From Dechloromonas sp. (GTDB taxonomy: Bacteria; Pseudomonadota; Gammaproteobacteria; Burkholderiales; Rhodocyclaceae): DNA of 46,285 nt. The translations under genes and the position numbers were made by a program. The DNA is taken from assembly GCA_016790885.1 (NCBI GenBank), contig JAEUOE010000001.1, positions 1 to 46,285 of the forward strand, written 5' to 3'. The notes below the pieces were generated by a model, which saw only the letters and a program-made list of their open reading frames with translations, did no database searches and was not told where the DNA came from. The number at the start of each line of letters is the position of its first letter. Within the stretch, counting starts at the first letter, position 1. Shown one piece after another: positions 38,635 through 46,285 of the stretch.

Positions 38635-40539
38635 ATGAAGCACTGGCAACTGAACACGGAAGCGAATGGCATCGCCATCGCGGTCCTCGACAAGGCGGGC
38701 GATTCCGCCAATTCCCTGTCTGCGGAGGTGATGGCAGAGTTTTCGCAGCTGCTCGATCAGCTGGACGTGTATCCACCCAAGGGCTTGATCATCCGTTCCG
38801 GCAAGTCTGCAGGCTTCATTGCCGGTGCGGATATCGGTGAATTTTCGCAACTCGACACCCCGGAAAAGGGGCTGGCGCTGGTGCAACGTGGCTGGGATCT
38901 GTTCAACCGGCTGGAGAGCGTCAAATATCCGACGCTGGCACTGGCGCGCGGGCATTGCCTGGGCGGTGGTCTGGAACTGGCGCTGGCCTGCCGCTACCTG
39001 CTGGCGGTGGACGAATCGGGCACCAAACTGGCGCTGCCGGAAGTCATGCTCGGCATCTTCCCCGGTTGGGGCGGCATGAGCCGCTTACCGGCGCGCGTCG
39101 GCCCGGCCGCCGCACTCGACATGATGCTGACCGGCAAGACCATCGACGCGAAGCGCGCCAAAAAGATGGGCCTGGCCGACGACTGCGTGCCGCCGCGGGT
39201 CATGGAAATGGCGGCGCGGCAGTTGCTGCTCTCCGGCCAGCCGCGACGGTCGCTGCCTTTGATGCAGAAGCTGATGGCTGGCCCGCTGAAAGGCATCGTT
39301 GCCAATGGTGCCCGCAAGCAGGTGGCGAAGAAGGCACGGCCGCAACACTACCCGGCGCCCTATGCAATCATCGACCTGTGGCAGAAACACGGCGGCAACG
39401 CGCTGGCGGCGCCGCAGATCGTCGATGGCATCATCCGCTCGACAACGGCACGCAATCTTGTCCGGGTTTTTCATCTGCAGGAGCGCCTCAAGTCTTTTGG
39501 CAAGAATTCCACGTTCACCGCAAAACGCGTCCATGTGGTCGGCGCTGGCGTCATGGGGGGCGATATCGCCGCCTGGTGTGCGCTGCGCGGCCTGATTGTC
39601 ACGCTGCAGGACCAGAGTCTGGAACGGATCAGTCCGGCGCTGCAGCGTGCCGGCAAACTCTTCGCCCGCAAGCTGCGCGATCCGCTCAAGGCGCGTGCCG
39701 CCTTCGACCGGCTGATTCCCGATGTGCGTGGCGACGGCGTAGCGCATGCCGATGTGATCATCGAGGCGATTTTCGAGAGCGTTGAGGCCAAGCATGCGCT
39801 CTTCAGCAGCATCGAGCCCCGCATGAAACCGGGCGCCATCCTCGCCACCAATACCTCCAGCCTGCGTCTGGAAGATCTGCGCACGGTGCTCAAGCAGCCT
39901 GAGAGGCTGGTCGGCATCCACTTTTTCAATCCGGTGGCGATGATGCCGCTGGTTGAAGTCGTCGAAGGCGAGGGGGCTGATCCGGCTGCCGTGCAGGCCG
40001 CCTGCGCCTTTGTCCGGCAGATCGACAAACTGCCGCTACCGGTGAAGAGCACGCCGGGCTTCCTTGTCAATGCCGTGCTGGCGCCCTACATGCTGGCCGC
40101 GATGCGCGCTGTCGACCGGGGTGTGACGCCGGAAACGGTGGACGAGGCCATGCTCGCCTTCGGCATGCCGATGGGGCCGATTGAACTGGTCGATACCGTC
40201 GGCCTCGACATCGCCATGGCCGCCGGCAAGCAACTGGCCGGCGGAGCAGATGCGCCGCGCTGCCTGCTGGATCGGGTCGAGAAAAACCAGCTCGGCAAGA
40301 AAACCGGTCAGGGCTTTTATGCCTGGGCCGAGGGCAGGGCGACCAAGGCGGCACCCGGCGCGGTGCCCGAAGGACTGGCGCAGGAACTGGTCACCCCGCT
40401 GATCGACCGTGTCGAACAACTGGTGGCCGACGGCATCGTCGCCGACCCGGAACTGGCTGACGGCGGCGTCATCTTCGGCACCGGCTTTGCCCCATTCACC
40501 GGCGGCCCGCTGCACTACCGCGCCAACCGGGTGCAGTAA
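38635..40539 (+). CDS. Enoyl-CoA hydratase / 3-hydroxyacyl-CoA dehydrogenase (FadJ-like)
   Basis: FIAGADI, GGGLEL, LPEV.LG, GAGVMG, NTSS, HFFNP; start MKHWQL. Confidence 0.9.
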   Translation: MKHWQLNTEANGIAIAVLDKAGDSANSLSAEVMAEFSQLLDQLDVYPPKGLIIRSGKSAGFIAGADIGEFSQLDTPEKGLALVQRGWDLFNRLESVKYPTLALARGHCLGGGLELALACRYLLAVDESGTKLALPEVMLGIFPGWGGMSRLPARVGPAAALDMMLTGKTIDAKRAKKMGLADDCVPPRVMEMAARQLLLSGQPRRSLPLMQKLMAGPLKGIVANGARKQVAKKARPQHYPAPYAIIDLWQKHGGNALAAPQIVDGIIRSTTARNLVRVFHLQERLKSFGKNSTFTAKRVHVVGAGVMGGDIAAWCALRGLIVTLQDQSLERISPALQRAGKLFARKLRDPLKARAAFDRLIPDVRGDGVAHADVIIEAIFESVEAKHALFSSIEPRMKPGAILATNTSSLRLEDLRTVLKQPERLVGIHFFNPVAMMPLVEVVEGEGADPAAVQAACAFVRQIDKLPLPVKSTPGFLVNAVLAPYMLAAMRAVDRGVTPETVDEAMLAFGMPMGPIELVDTVGLDIAMAAGKQLAGGADAPRCLLDRVEKNQLGKKTGQGFYAWAEGRATKAAPGAVPEGLAQELVTPLIDRVEQLVADGIVADPELADGGVIFGTGFAPFTGGPLHYRANRVQ

Positions 40540-40590
40540 CTGTCGCATTTTTGCAACGAAACAGAAATTTCTTATCGATCAAACGGCATT

Positions 40591-40606
40591 TCAAACGTTT
40601 GTTTGA
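40591..40606. promoter_or_regulatory. PsrA-type operator upstream of fadL
   Basis: TCAAAC-GTTT-GTTTGA palindrome. Confidence 0.8.
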
Positions 40607-40668
40607 GTTTTAATGGCTGCACCAAATAGGGACGCGTTCCCGGAACAATCACAACAGGAGACAAACTG

Positions 40669-41988
40669 ATGCATAACAACCTCACCCTGCGCCTGCTTCC
40701 CGCGCTCATCGCCCTGGCTTTCGCCGGCTCCGCGTCTGCTGCCGGTTTCAAACTGCAGAACCAGAGCGGCTCTGGTAACGGAAATGCCTTTGCAGGTGCG
40801 GCCGCGGCAGCCGAAGATGCAAGTACGGTATTTTTCAATCCAGCCGGTATGAGTTTGCTGCCGCGTGGCCACAATGTCTCGTTGTCAGGAACGATCATCA
40901 GTCGTTCAATTGAGTTTACGAACCAAGGTTCTACAACCGCGAACGCTACCTTTTTCCCTCTTCCTCAAGGCGATGGTGGTGATGGTGGTGGTATCGCATT
41001 TTTGCCTCACGGCTATTGGGTCTGGGGTGTTAATCAAAGCTTGAGTGTTGGTTTGGGCATGGGGCCGACGTATGGTAGTCGCACGGAATACAACTTCGAC
41101 TTCATTGGCCGGAACGCGGGCTACTTTTTTGAATTGAAGCAATTCAACATCAATCCGTCGGTTGCTTGGAAAGTTAATGAGCAATTCTCGCTGGGTTTTG
41201 GATTGAATTTTGCACACAACGAATCGCATTTCAAACAGGGTGTGCCGTTGGTGGATCCAGCCGGTCTTACGACTGGAGGCATTCCTTTTGCTGCCAACAA
41301 CTATCTTGATGTCAAAGGGGATGCGTGGGCCATTGGTTATAACTTGGGTGCGACTTGGCAAATTCTTCCGTCAACCCGACTTGGCATCGCTTACCGATCG
41401 GCCTTGAAATTCGATCTCGAGGGTGAGCAGAAATACGCTTCACCTAATGCTCGTCTGGTCAATCAGGACATTACTGCCGTCTTGAAAACACCGGCGGTGA
41501 CCTCGTTCGCCCTCTCCCACAAGGCGACAGATCGTCTTGAATTGCTGACCGATGTGACCTGGACTCAGTGGAGTGTGATCAATACGATTGATCTGAAGAG
41601 TGCTGCAACCGGTGTCGATCTGAATCAATTGTCCTATCGCTTTAAAGACGCTTGGCGTTTCGGCCTTGGTGCCAACTATCAACTGACAAACGATCTTAAG
41701 CTGCGATTCGGTGTTGCGTACGACAATACCCCCGTTCGGAGTGCTGCGAACCGGACGATGACGCTACCGGATTCAGATCGTACCTGGTTGTCGATCGGTG
41801 CCAAGTACAACATGAGCAAGATGCTGTCTATTGATGTCGGTTACAGCCATATCTTCTTTGATGAAGCCAAGACCGAGCGCGCTGTGACGACCGGTTACCC
41901 CGGCGTTCAGACAACACGTCAGGTGATTCGCGGTGAGTTTAAGACTTCAGCCGATATTTTTTCTGCCCAGTTGAACATGAAATTCTGA
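40669..41988 (+). CDS. fadL: Outer-membrane long-chain fatty acid transporter (FadL/OmpP1)
   Basis: Signal peptide, GNAFAG...EDAST.FFNPAG hatch, beta-barrel periodicity, LPDSDR, terminal Phe. Confidence 0.92.
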   Translation: MHNNLTLRLLPALIALAFAGSASAAGFKLQNQSGSGNGNAFAGAAAAAEDASTVFFNPAGMSLLPRGHNVSLSGTIISRSIEFTNQGSTTANATFFPLPQGDGGDGGGIAFLPHGYWVWGVNQSLSVGLGMGPTYGSRTEYNFDFIGRNAGYFFELKQFNINPSVAWKVNEQFSLGFGLNFAHNESHFKQGVPLVDPAGLTTGGIPFAANNYLDVKGDAWAIGYNLGATWQILPSTRLGIAYRSALKFDLEGEQKYASPNARLVNQDITAVLKTPAVTSFALSHKATDRLELLTDVTWTQWSVINTIDLKSAATGVDLNQLSYRFKDAWRFGLGANYQLTNDLKLRFGVAYDNTPVRSAANRTMTLPDSDRTWLSIGAKYNMSKMLSIDVGYSHIFFDEAKTERAVTTGYPGVQTTRQVIRGEFKTSADIFSAQLNMKF

Positions 41989-42012
41989 TTTAGGTATTCC
42001 TTGCAAACCTTC

Positions 42013-42039
42013 ATCCCCGGCCTGTCCGGGGATTTTTTT
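42013..42039 (+). terminator. Rho-independent terminator after fadL
   Basis: ATCCCCGG/CCGGGGAT stem followed by a T-run. Confidence 0.88.
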
Positions 42040-42062
42040 GAGTATCTCTTCTAAAAAAACCC

Positions 42063-42106
42063 TTGACCGAAAGTTCGCCCGGTCTATAATTCAAACGTTC
42101 GTTTCA
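42063..42106 (+). promoter_or_regulatory. Sigma70 promoter plus PsrA-type operator
   Basis: TTGACC-16-TATAAT immediately followed by TCAAACGTTCGTTTCA. Confidence 0.85.
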
Positions 42107-42146
42107 TTTATCGAACTCATAGAACGAGACCACAAGGAGACATGCT

Positions 42147-44546
42147 TTGAGCAAGCTGATCGTTAAGAAAGCGGCGGTGCTGGGCGCCGGGGTGATGGGG
42201 GCGCAGATTGCCGCCCATCTCGCCAATGCCGGCGTGCCAGTAGTGCTGTTTGACCTGCCGGCCAAGGAAGGCGACAAGAACGGCGTGGTGAAGAAGGCCC
42301 TTGATGGCCTGAAGAAACTCGACCCGGCGCCACTGTCGAGCAAGAGCAAACTGAAATTCATCGATGCCGCCAACTACGACGAGCATCTGCCGCTGCTGGC
42401 CGAATGCGATCTGGTGATCGAAGCCATCGCCGAGCGCATGGACTGGAAAAACGACCTCTATGCCAAAATCGGGCCGTTTTTGTCGTCGACCGCAGTCGTT
42501 GCTTCCAACACCTCCGGTCTGTCGATGAATGCGCTGGCGCAGGGCTTGCCGGAAGCCGTCCGTCCCCGTTTCTGCGGCATCCATTTCTTCAATCCGCCGC
42601 GCTACATGCATCTGGTGGAGATCATCGGGACGCAGGGTACCGATGCCGCGACGCTGGATGCGCTGGAAACCTGGCTGACGTCGCGTCTGGGCAAGGGCGT
42701 CATTCGCGCGCTGGACACCCCGAACTTCGTCGCCAACCGCATCGGCGTGTTTTCCATCCTGGCCGTCATGCACCACACCCAAGCCTTCGGCCTCGGCTTC
42801 GACGAAGTCGATGCGCTGACCGGCCCGAAAATCGGCCGACCGAAGAGCGCCACTTACCGCACCGCCGATGTCGTCGGCCTCGATACGCTGGCCCACGTCG
42901 TCAAGACGATGCAGGACACGCTGCCGAATGATCCGTGGCACGCCTATTTCACGAACCCGGCCTGGTTGCAGGCCTTGATCGCCCAGGGCGCGCTCGGCCA
43001 GAAGACCCGCTGCGGCATCTTTCGCAAGCAGGGCAAGGAAATCCAGGTGCTCGACCTGGCAGCGCTGGATTACCGCAAGTCGGCAGGCGAAATCGCCGAT
43101 GACGTTGCCGCTATCCTGAAAATCAAGTCGCCGGCCGAGAAATTCGCCGCGCTGCGTGCTTCCGGTCATCCGCAGGCGCAGTTCCTGTGGGCGATTTTCC
43201 GCGACATCTTCCATTACGCCGCCGTGCAGCTTGAGCATGTCGCCGACAACGCCCGTGACCTCGACCTCGCGATGCGCTGGGGCTTTGGCTGGGCACAGGG
43301 GCCGTTCGAGACCTGGCAGGCCGCAGGCTGGGCCGATACGGCACAGGCCGTCGCCGCCGACATCGCTGCCGGCAAGGCCATGAGCAGCGTACCGCTGCCG
43401 GCCTGGGCGCTGAAGTCGGGGCGCACCGGCGTCCATGCCGCCGAGGGTTCCTACTCAGCCAGCAAGAACGCCTATGTGGCGCGTTCGACGCTGCCGGTAT
43501 ATCAGCGCCAGATTTTCCCCGAGCGCGTGCTCGGCGAGGCCGTGGCAACCCCGGAAAAATCCGGCGAGACCCTCTACGAAAACGACGGTGTCCGCCTGTG
43601 GCGCCTGCCGGCGGTGGATGCCGGCATCGGCATCATTTCGGTCAAGTCGAAAATGCATACCATCGGCAACGAAGTACTGGATGGCGTGATTGCTGCCGTG
43701 CGTCAGGCTGAAGGCACGCTGGATGGTGTGGTGGTCTGGCACGAAGCGCCGTTTGCAGTCGGCGCCAACCTGCAGCAGGTTTCTGAAGCCATCGCCGCCG
43801 GCCAGTTCGATCTGCTCGAACAGACCGTCGAGAAATTCCAGCGCGCCTCGCAGACACTGAAGTATGCGCAGGTGCCGGTGGTGGCTGCCGTCCAGGGCAT
43901 GGCGCTCGGTGGTGGATGCGAGTTCGTCATGCACGCCGGCAAGCGCGTGATGGCGCTGGAAAGCTACATCGGCCTCGTCGAAGCCGGTGTCGGTCTGATT
44001 CCGGCCGGTGGCGGCTGCAAGGAATTCGCAGTGCGCGCCGCCGACTGGGCTGCCCAGTCGAATGTCCCGGGCGAAGTCTTCAACTATCTGCAAAACGCCT
44101 TCATGACCATCGCCATGGCAAAGGTCGCCAAGAGCGCCCACGAAGCCATCGATTACGGCTTTGCCAAACCGTCCGACACCATCCTCTTCAACGCCAACGA
44201 ACTGCTCTGGGTGGCGATCCGCGAAGCGCGCGCCATGGCGGACGCCGGCTACGCCCCGCCGACGATGGCCCGCGCCATCCCGGTTGCCGGCAAGAACGGC
44301 ATCGCCACTTTCGAGATGATGCTGGTGAACATGAAGGAAGGCGGCATGATCTCCGCGCACGACTACCTGGTCGCCCGTTCCGCCGCCGTCGCGCTGTGCG
44401 GCGGCGAAGTTGAAACCGGTAGCCTGGTCGATGAGGAATGGCTGATCACCGTCGAACGCCAGTTGTTCGTCGAATTGCTGAAAAACCCGCTGACGCAGGC
44501 CCGGATCAAGCACATGCTGGAAACCGGCAAGCCGCTCCGTAATTAA
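42147..44546 (+). CDS. 3-hydroxyacyl-CoA dehydrogenase / enoyl-CoA hydratase (FadN-type domain order)
   Basis: TTG start after AGGAGA; GAGVMG, NTSG, HFFNPPRY at N-terminus; crotonase motifs VGANL, LGGGCE, GLVE at C-terminus. Confidence 0.92.
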   Translation: MSKLIVKKAAVLGAGVMGAQIAAHLANAGVPVVLFDLPAKEGDKNGVVKKALDGLKKLDPAPLSSKSKLKFIDAANYDEHLPLLAECDLVIEAIAERMDWKNDLYAKIGPFLSSTAVVASNTSGLSMNALAQGLPEAVRPRFCGIHFFNPPRYMHLVEIIGTQGTDAATLDALETWLTSRLGKGVIRALDTPNFVANRIGVFSILAVMHHTQAFGLGFDEVDALTGPKIGRPKSATYRTADVVGLDTLAHVVKTMQDTLPNDPWHAYFTNPAWLQALIAQGALGQKTRCGIFRKQGKEIQVLDLAALDYRKSAGEIADDVAAILKIKSPAEKFAALRASGHPQAQFLWAIFRDIFHYAAVQLEHVADNARDLDLAMRWGFGWAQGPFETWQAAGWADTAQAVAADIAAGKAMSSVPLPAWALKSGRTGVHAAEGSYSASKNAYVARSTLPVYQRQIFPERVLGEAVATPEKSGETLYENDGVRLWRLPAVDAGIGIISVKSKMHTIGNEVLDGVIAAVRQAEGTLDGVVVWHEAPFAVGANLQQVSEAIAAGQFDLLEQTVEKFQRASQTLKYAQVPVVAAVQGMALGGGCEFVMHAGKRVMALESYIGLVEAGVGLIPAGGGCKEFAVRAADWAAQSNVPGEVFNYLQNAFMTIAMAKVAKSAHEAIDYGFAKPSDTILFNANELLWVAIREARAMADAGYAPPTMARAIPVAGKNGIATFEMMLVNMKEGGMISAHDYLVARSAAVALCGGEVETGSLVDEEWLITVERQLFVELLKNPLTQARIKHMLETGKPLRN

Positions 44547-44649
44547 TTCCATGCCCTCGTCGCGCCATAACTTTGTCGCCGTCGCTTGCCGTGCTAATCG
44601 CACTGTCTGCGCGCCGGCTTCGCGTTCTGGCGCAACGCCGACATGGAAT
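44546..44649. repeat. Long imperfect intergenic hairpin (REP-like)
   Basis: ATTCCATG/CATGGAAT ends, CGTCGCGCCA/TGGCGCAACG arms, GTGC-taatc-GCAC apex. Confidence 0.6.
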
Positions 44650-44676
44650 CCAGTTCTTTCTGGAGACAGATAAAAA

Positions 44677-45876
44677 ATGAGCAAACAGATTCAAGAAGCC
44701 TACATCGTTGCCGCGACCCGACTGCCGGTCGCCAAACGCAACGGCATGTACCGCAACGTTCGCCCGGACGACATGCTGGCCGCCGTCCTCAAGGCCGTCG
44801 TCGCGCAGGTGCCGGGTGTTGATCCGGCGCGTATCGGTGACGTCATCGTCGGTTGTGCGATGCCGGAAGCCGAGCAGGGCATGAACGTTGCCCGCATCGG
44901 TTCGCTGCTCGCCGGCCTGCCGATCACCGTGCCCGGCATCACCATCAACCGCTTCTGCTCCTCCGGCCTGCAGGCCGTGGCTGATGCCGCCAACCAGATC
45001 CGCCTTGGCCTCGCCGATGTGATGATCGCTGCCGGTACCGAGTCGATGTCGGTGATGCCGCAGATCATGGGCAACAAGATGTCGATGAACCCGGCGATTT
45101 TCGCCAAGGAGGAAAACCTCGGCATCGCCTACGGCATGGGCCTGACGGCGGAGAAGGTTGCCAACCAGTGGCAGATCAGCCGCGACGCGCAGGATGAGTT
45201 TGCGCTGGCTTCCAACCAGAAGGCCAGCGCCGCCATTGCCGCCGGTCATTTCAAGGCGGAAACCACGCCCTACGTCATCCGCGAAAGTCTGCCCGACCTC
45301 GCTTCCGGTCAGATCAAAGTACGCGAACGCACCGTCGATACCGACGAAGGCCCGCGCGCCGACGCCTCGGTCGAGAAGCTCGGCAAGCTGAAGCCGGTCT
45401 TCCATGCCCGCGGTTCGGTCACTGCCGGCAATTCCTCGCAGATGTCGGATGGCGCGGCAGCGGTCATGCTGGTCTCGGAAAAGGTGCTCAAGGAACACAA
45501 CCTGACGCCGCTCGCACGCTTCGCCAGCTACGCCGTCGGCGGTGTGGCGCCAGAGATCATGGGTATCGGCCCGGTTGCCGCCATTCCGCGGGCACTGGCC
45601 CACGCTGGCATCAGTCAGGCAGATCTCGACTGGATTGAGCTCAACGAAGCCTTTGCCGCCCAGTCGCTGGCGGTGGTCAAGGAACTGGGCATCGATCCGA
45701 GCAAGGTCAATCCGCTCGGCGGCGCCATCGCCCTTGGTCACCCGCTCGGGGCTACCGGTGCCATCCGCACGGCGACCATTGTCCACGGCATGCAACGTAC
45801 CGGCGGCCGCTACGGCATGGTGTCGATGTGCATCGGCACCGGCATGGGCGCGGCCGGCATCTTCGAGCGCCTGTAA
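44677..45876 (+). CDS. fadA: Acetyl-CoA C-acyltransferase (thiolase)
   Basis: INRFCSSG, GNSSQMSDGA, NEAFA, GHPLGATG, MCIGTGMG. Confidence 0.92.
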   Translation: MSKQIQEAYIVAATRLPVAKRNGMYRNVRPDDMLAAVLKAVVAQVPGVDPARIGDVIVGCAMPEAEQGMNVARIGSLLAGLPITVPGITINRFCSSGLQAVADAANQIRLGLADVMIAAGTESMSVMPQIMGNKMSMNPAIFAKEENLGIAYGMGLTAEKVANQWQISRDAQDEFALASNQKASAAIAAGHFKAETTPYVIRESLPDLASGQIKVRERTVDTDEGPRADASVEKLGKLKPVFHARGSVTAGNSSQMSDGAAAVMLVSEKVLKEHNLTPLARFASYAVGGVAPEIMGIGPVAAIPRALAHAGISQADLDWIELNEAFAAQSLAVVKELGIDPSKVNPLGGAIALGHPLGATGAIRTATIVHGMQRTGGRYGMVSMCIGTGMGAAGIFERL

Positions 45877-45919
45877 GCGGCTGCTGCGGTCAACCCGGAA
45901 AAGGCGCGAAAATCAGGAC

Positions 45920-46285
45920 ATGAAACCCGCCTGGCTCGCCAAACTGCCATCCGCCTGGCGCGCGCGCATGGTGCGGATGGGGTTCAACCTCCATCCCGCC
46001 TTTCGCGGTACCGGCGGCCGGGTCGAGCATGTCGCCCGCGACCTGCGCCATATCCGGGTGCGCCTGCCGCACGGCTGGCGGACGAAGAACATAGTCGGTT
46101 CACTCTATGGCGGTTCGCTGTTCGCGATCACCGACGGGGCGCATCCGATGATGCTGATGGCGGCGCTGGGCGAGGATTACATCGTCTGGGACAAGTCGGC
46201 GAGCATTCGCTACCGCAAGCCGGGTTACACCACGCTCTACGCCGATTTCACGCTGCCCGACGAGGAACTGGCGAGCATCCGCCGG
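45920..46285 (+). CDS. Hotdog-fold thioesterase-like protein (DUF4442-like), truncated by window end
   Basis: Manual translation: MKPAWL...FNLHPAFRGTGGRV...WRTKNIVGSLYGGSLFAITD...YIVWDKSASIRYRKPG. Confidence 0.8.
   Translation, partial: MKPAWLAKLPSAWRARMVRMGFNLHPAFRGTGGRVEHVARDLRHIRVRLPHGWRTKNIVGSLYGGSLFAITDGAHPMMLMAALGEDYIVWDKSASIRYRKPGYTTLYADFTLPDEELASIRR

Noticed and set aside
42142-42150. ATG-CTT-TGA mini-ORF overlapping the TTG start of the FadN-type gene
   Set aside because: The ATG is only 1 nt from the AGGAGA RBS whereas the TTG is at normal spacing; probably incidental.

Overview
High-GC betaproteobacterial chromosomal segment; gene content and order suggest a Rhodocyclales organism of the Dechloromonas/Azonexus type (inference). 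Left to right: sulfur assimilation genes (sulfite reductase fragment, TauE/SafE exporter, CysB), HDOD and EAL-HDOD proteins flanking an orphan NosD-like gene, a PPIase-bolA-yciI-yciB block, an HD-GYP regulator plus Hpt protein, and a bioA-F-H-C-D operon interrupted by a VapBC-type toxin-antitoxin pair. After yaaA comes a three-gene cytoplasmic group 2 [NiFe]-hydrogenase module whose hybrid histidine kinase carries an N-terminal hydrogenase-maturation protease domain; this is the most striking feature. Then follow a PIN gene, a Dus-family and a TrmB-like gene, a duplicated DnaA-box/Fis element, acnB, two small paralogous ORFs, and a divergent FolB-like plus DHFR-like pair upstream of a Cache-PAS-GGDEF-EAL gene. 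The right end is a PsrA-type regulated fatty-acid beta-oxidation cluster with a low-GC fadL. All calls come from reading motifs by eye; no database searches were run.
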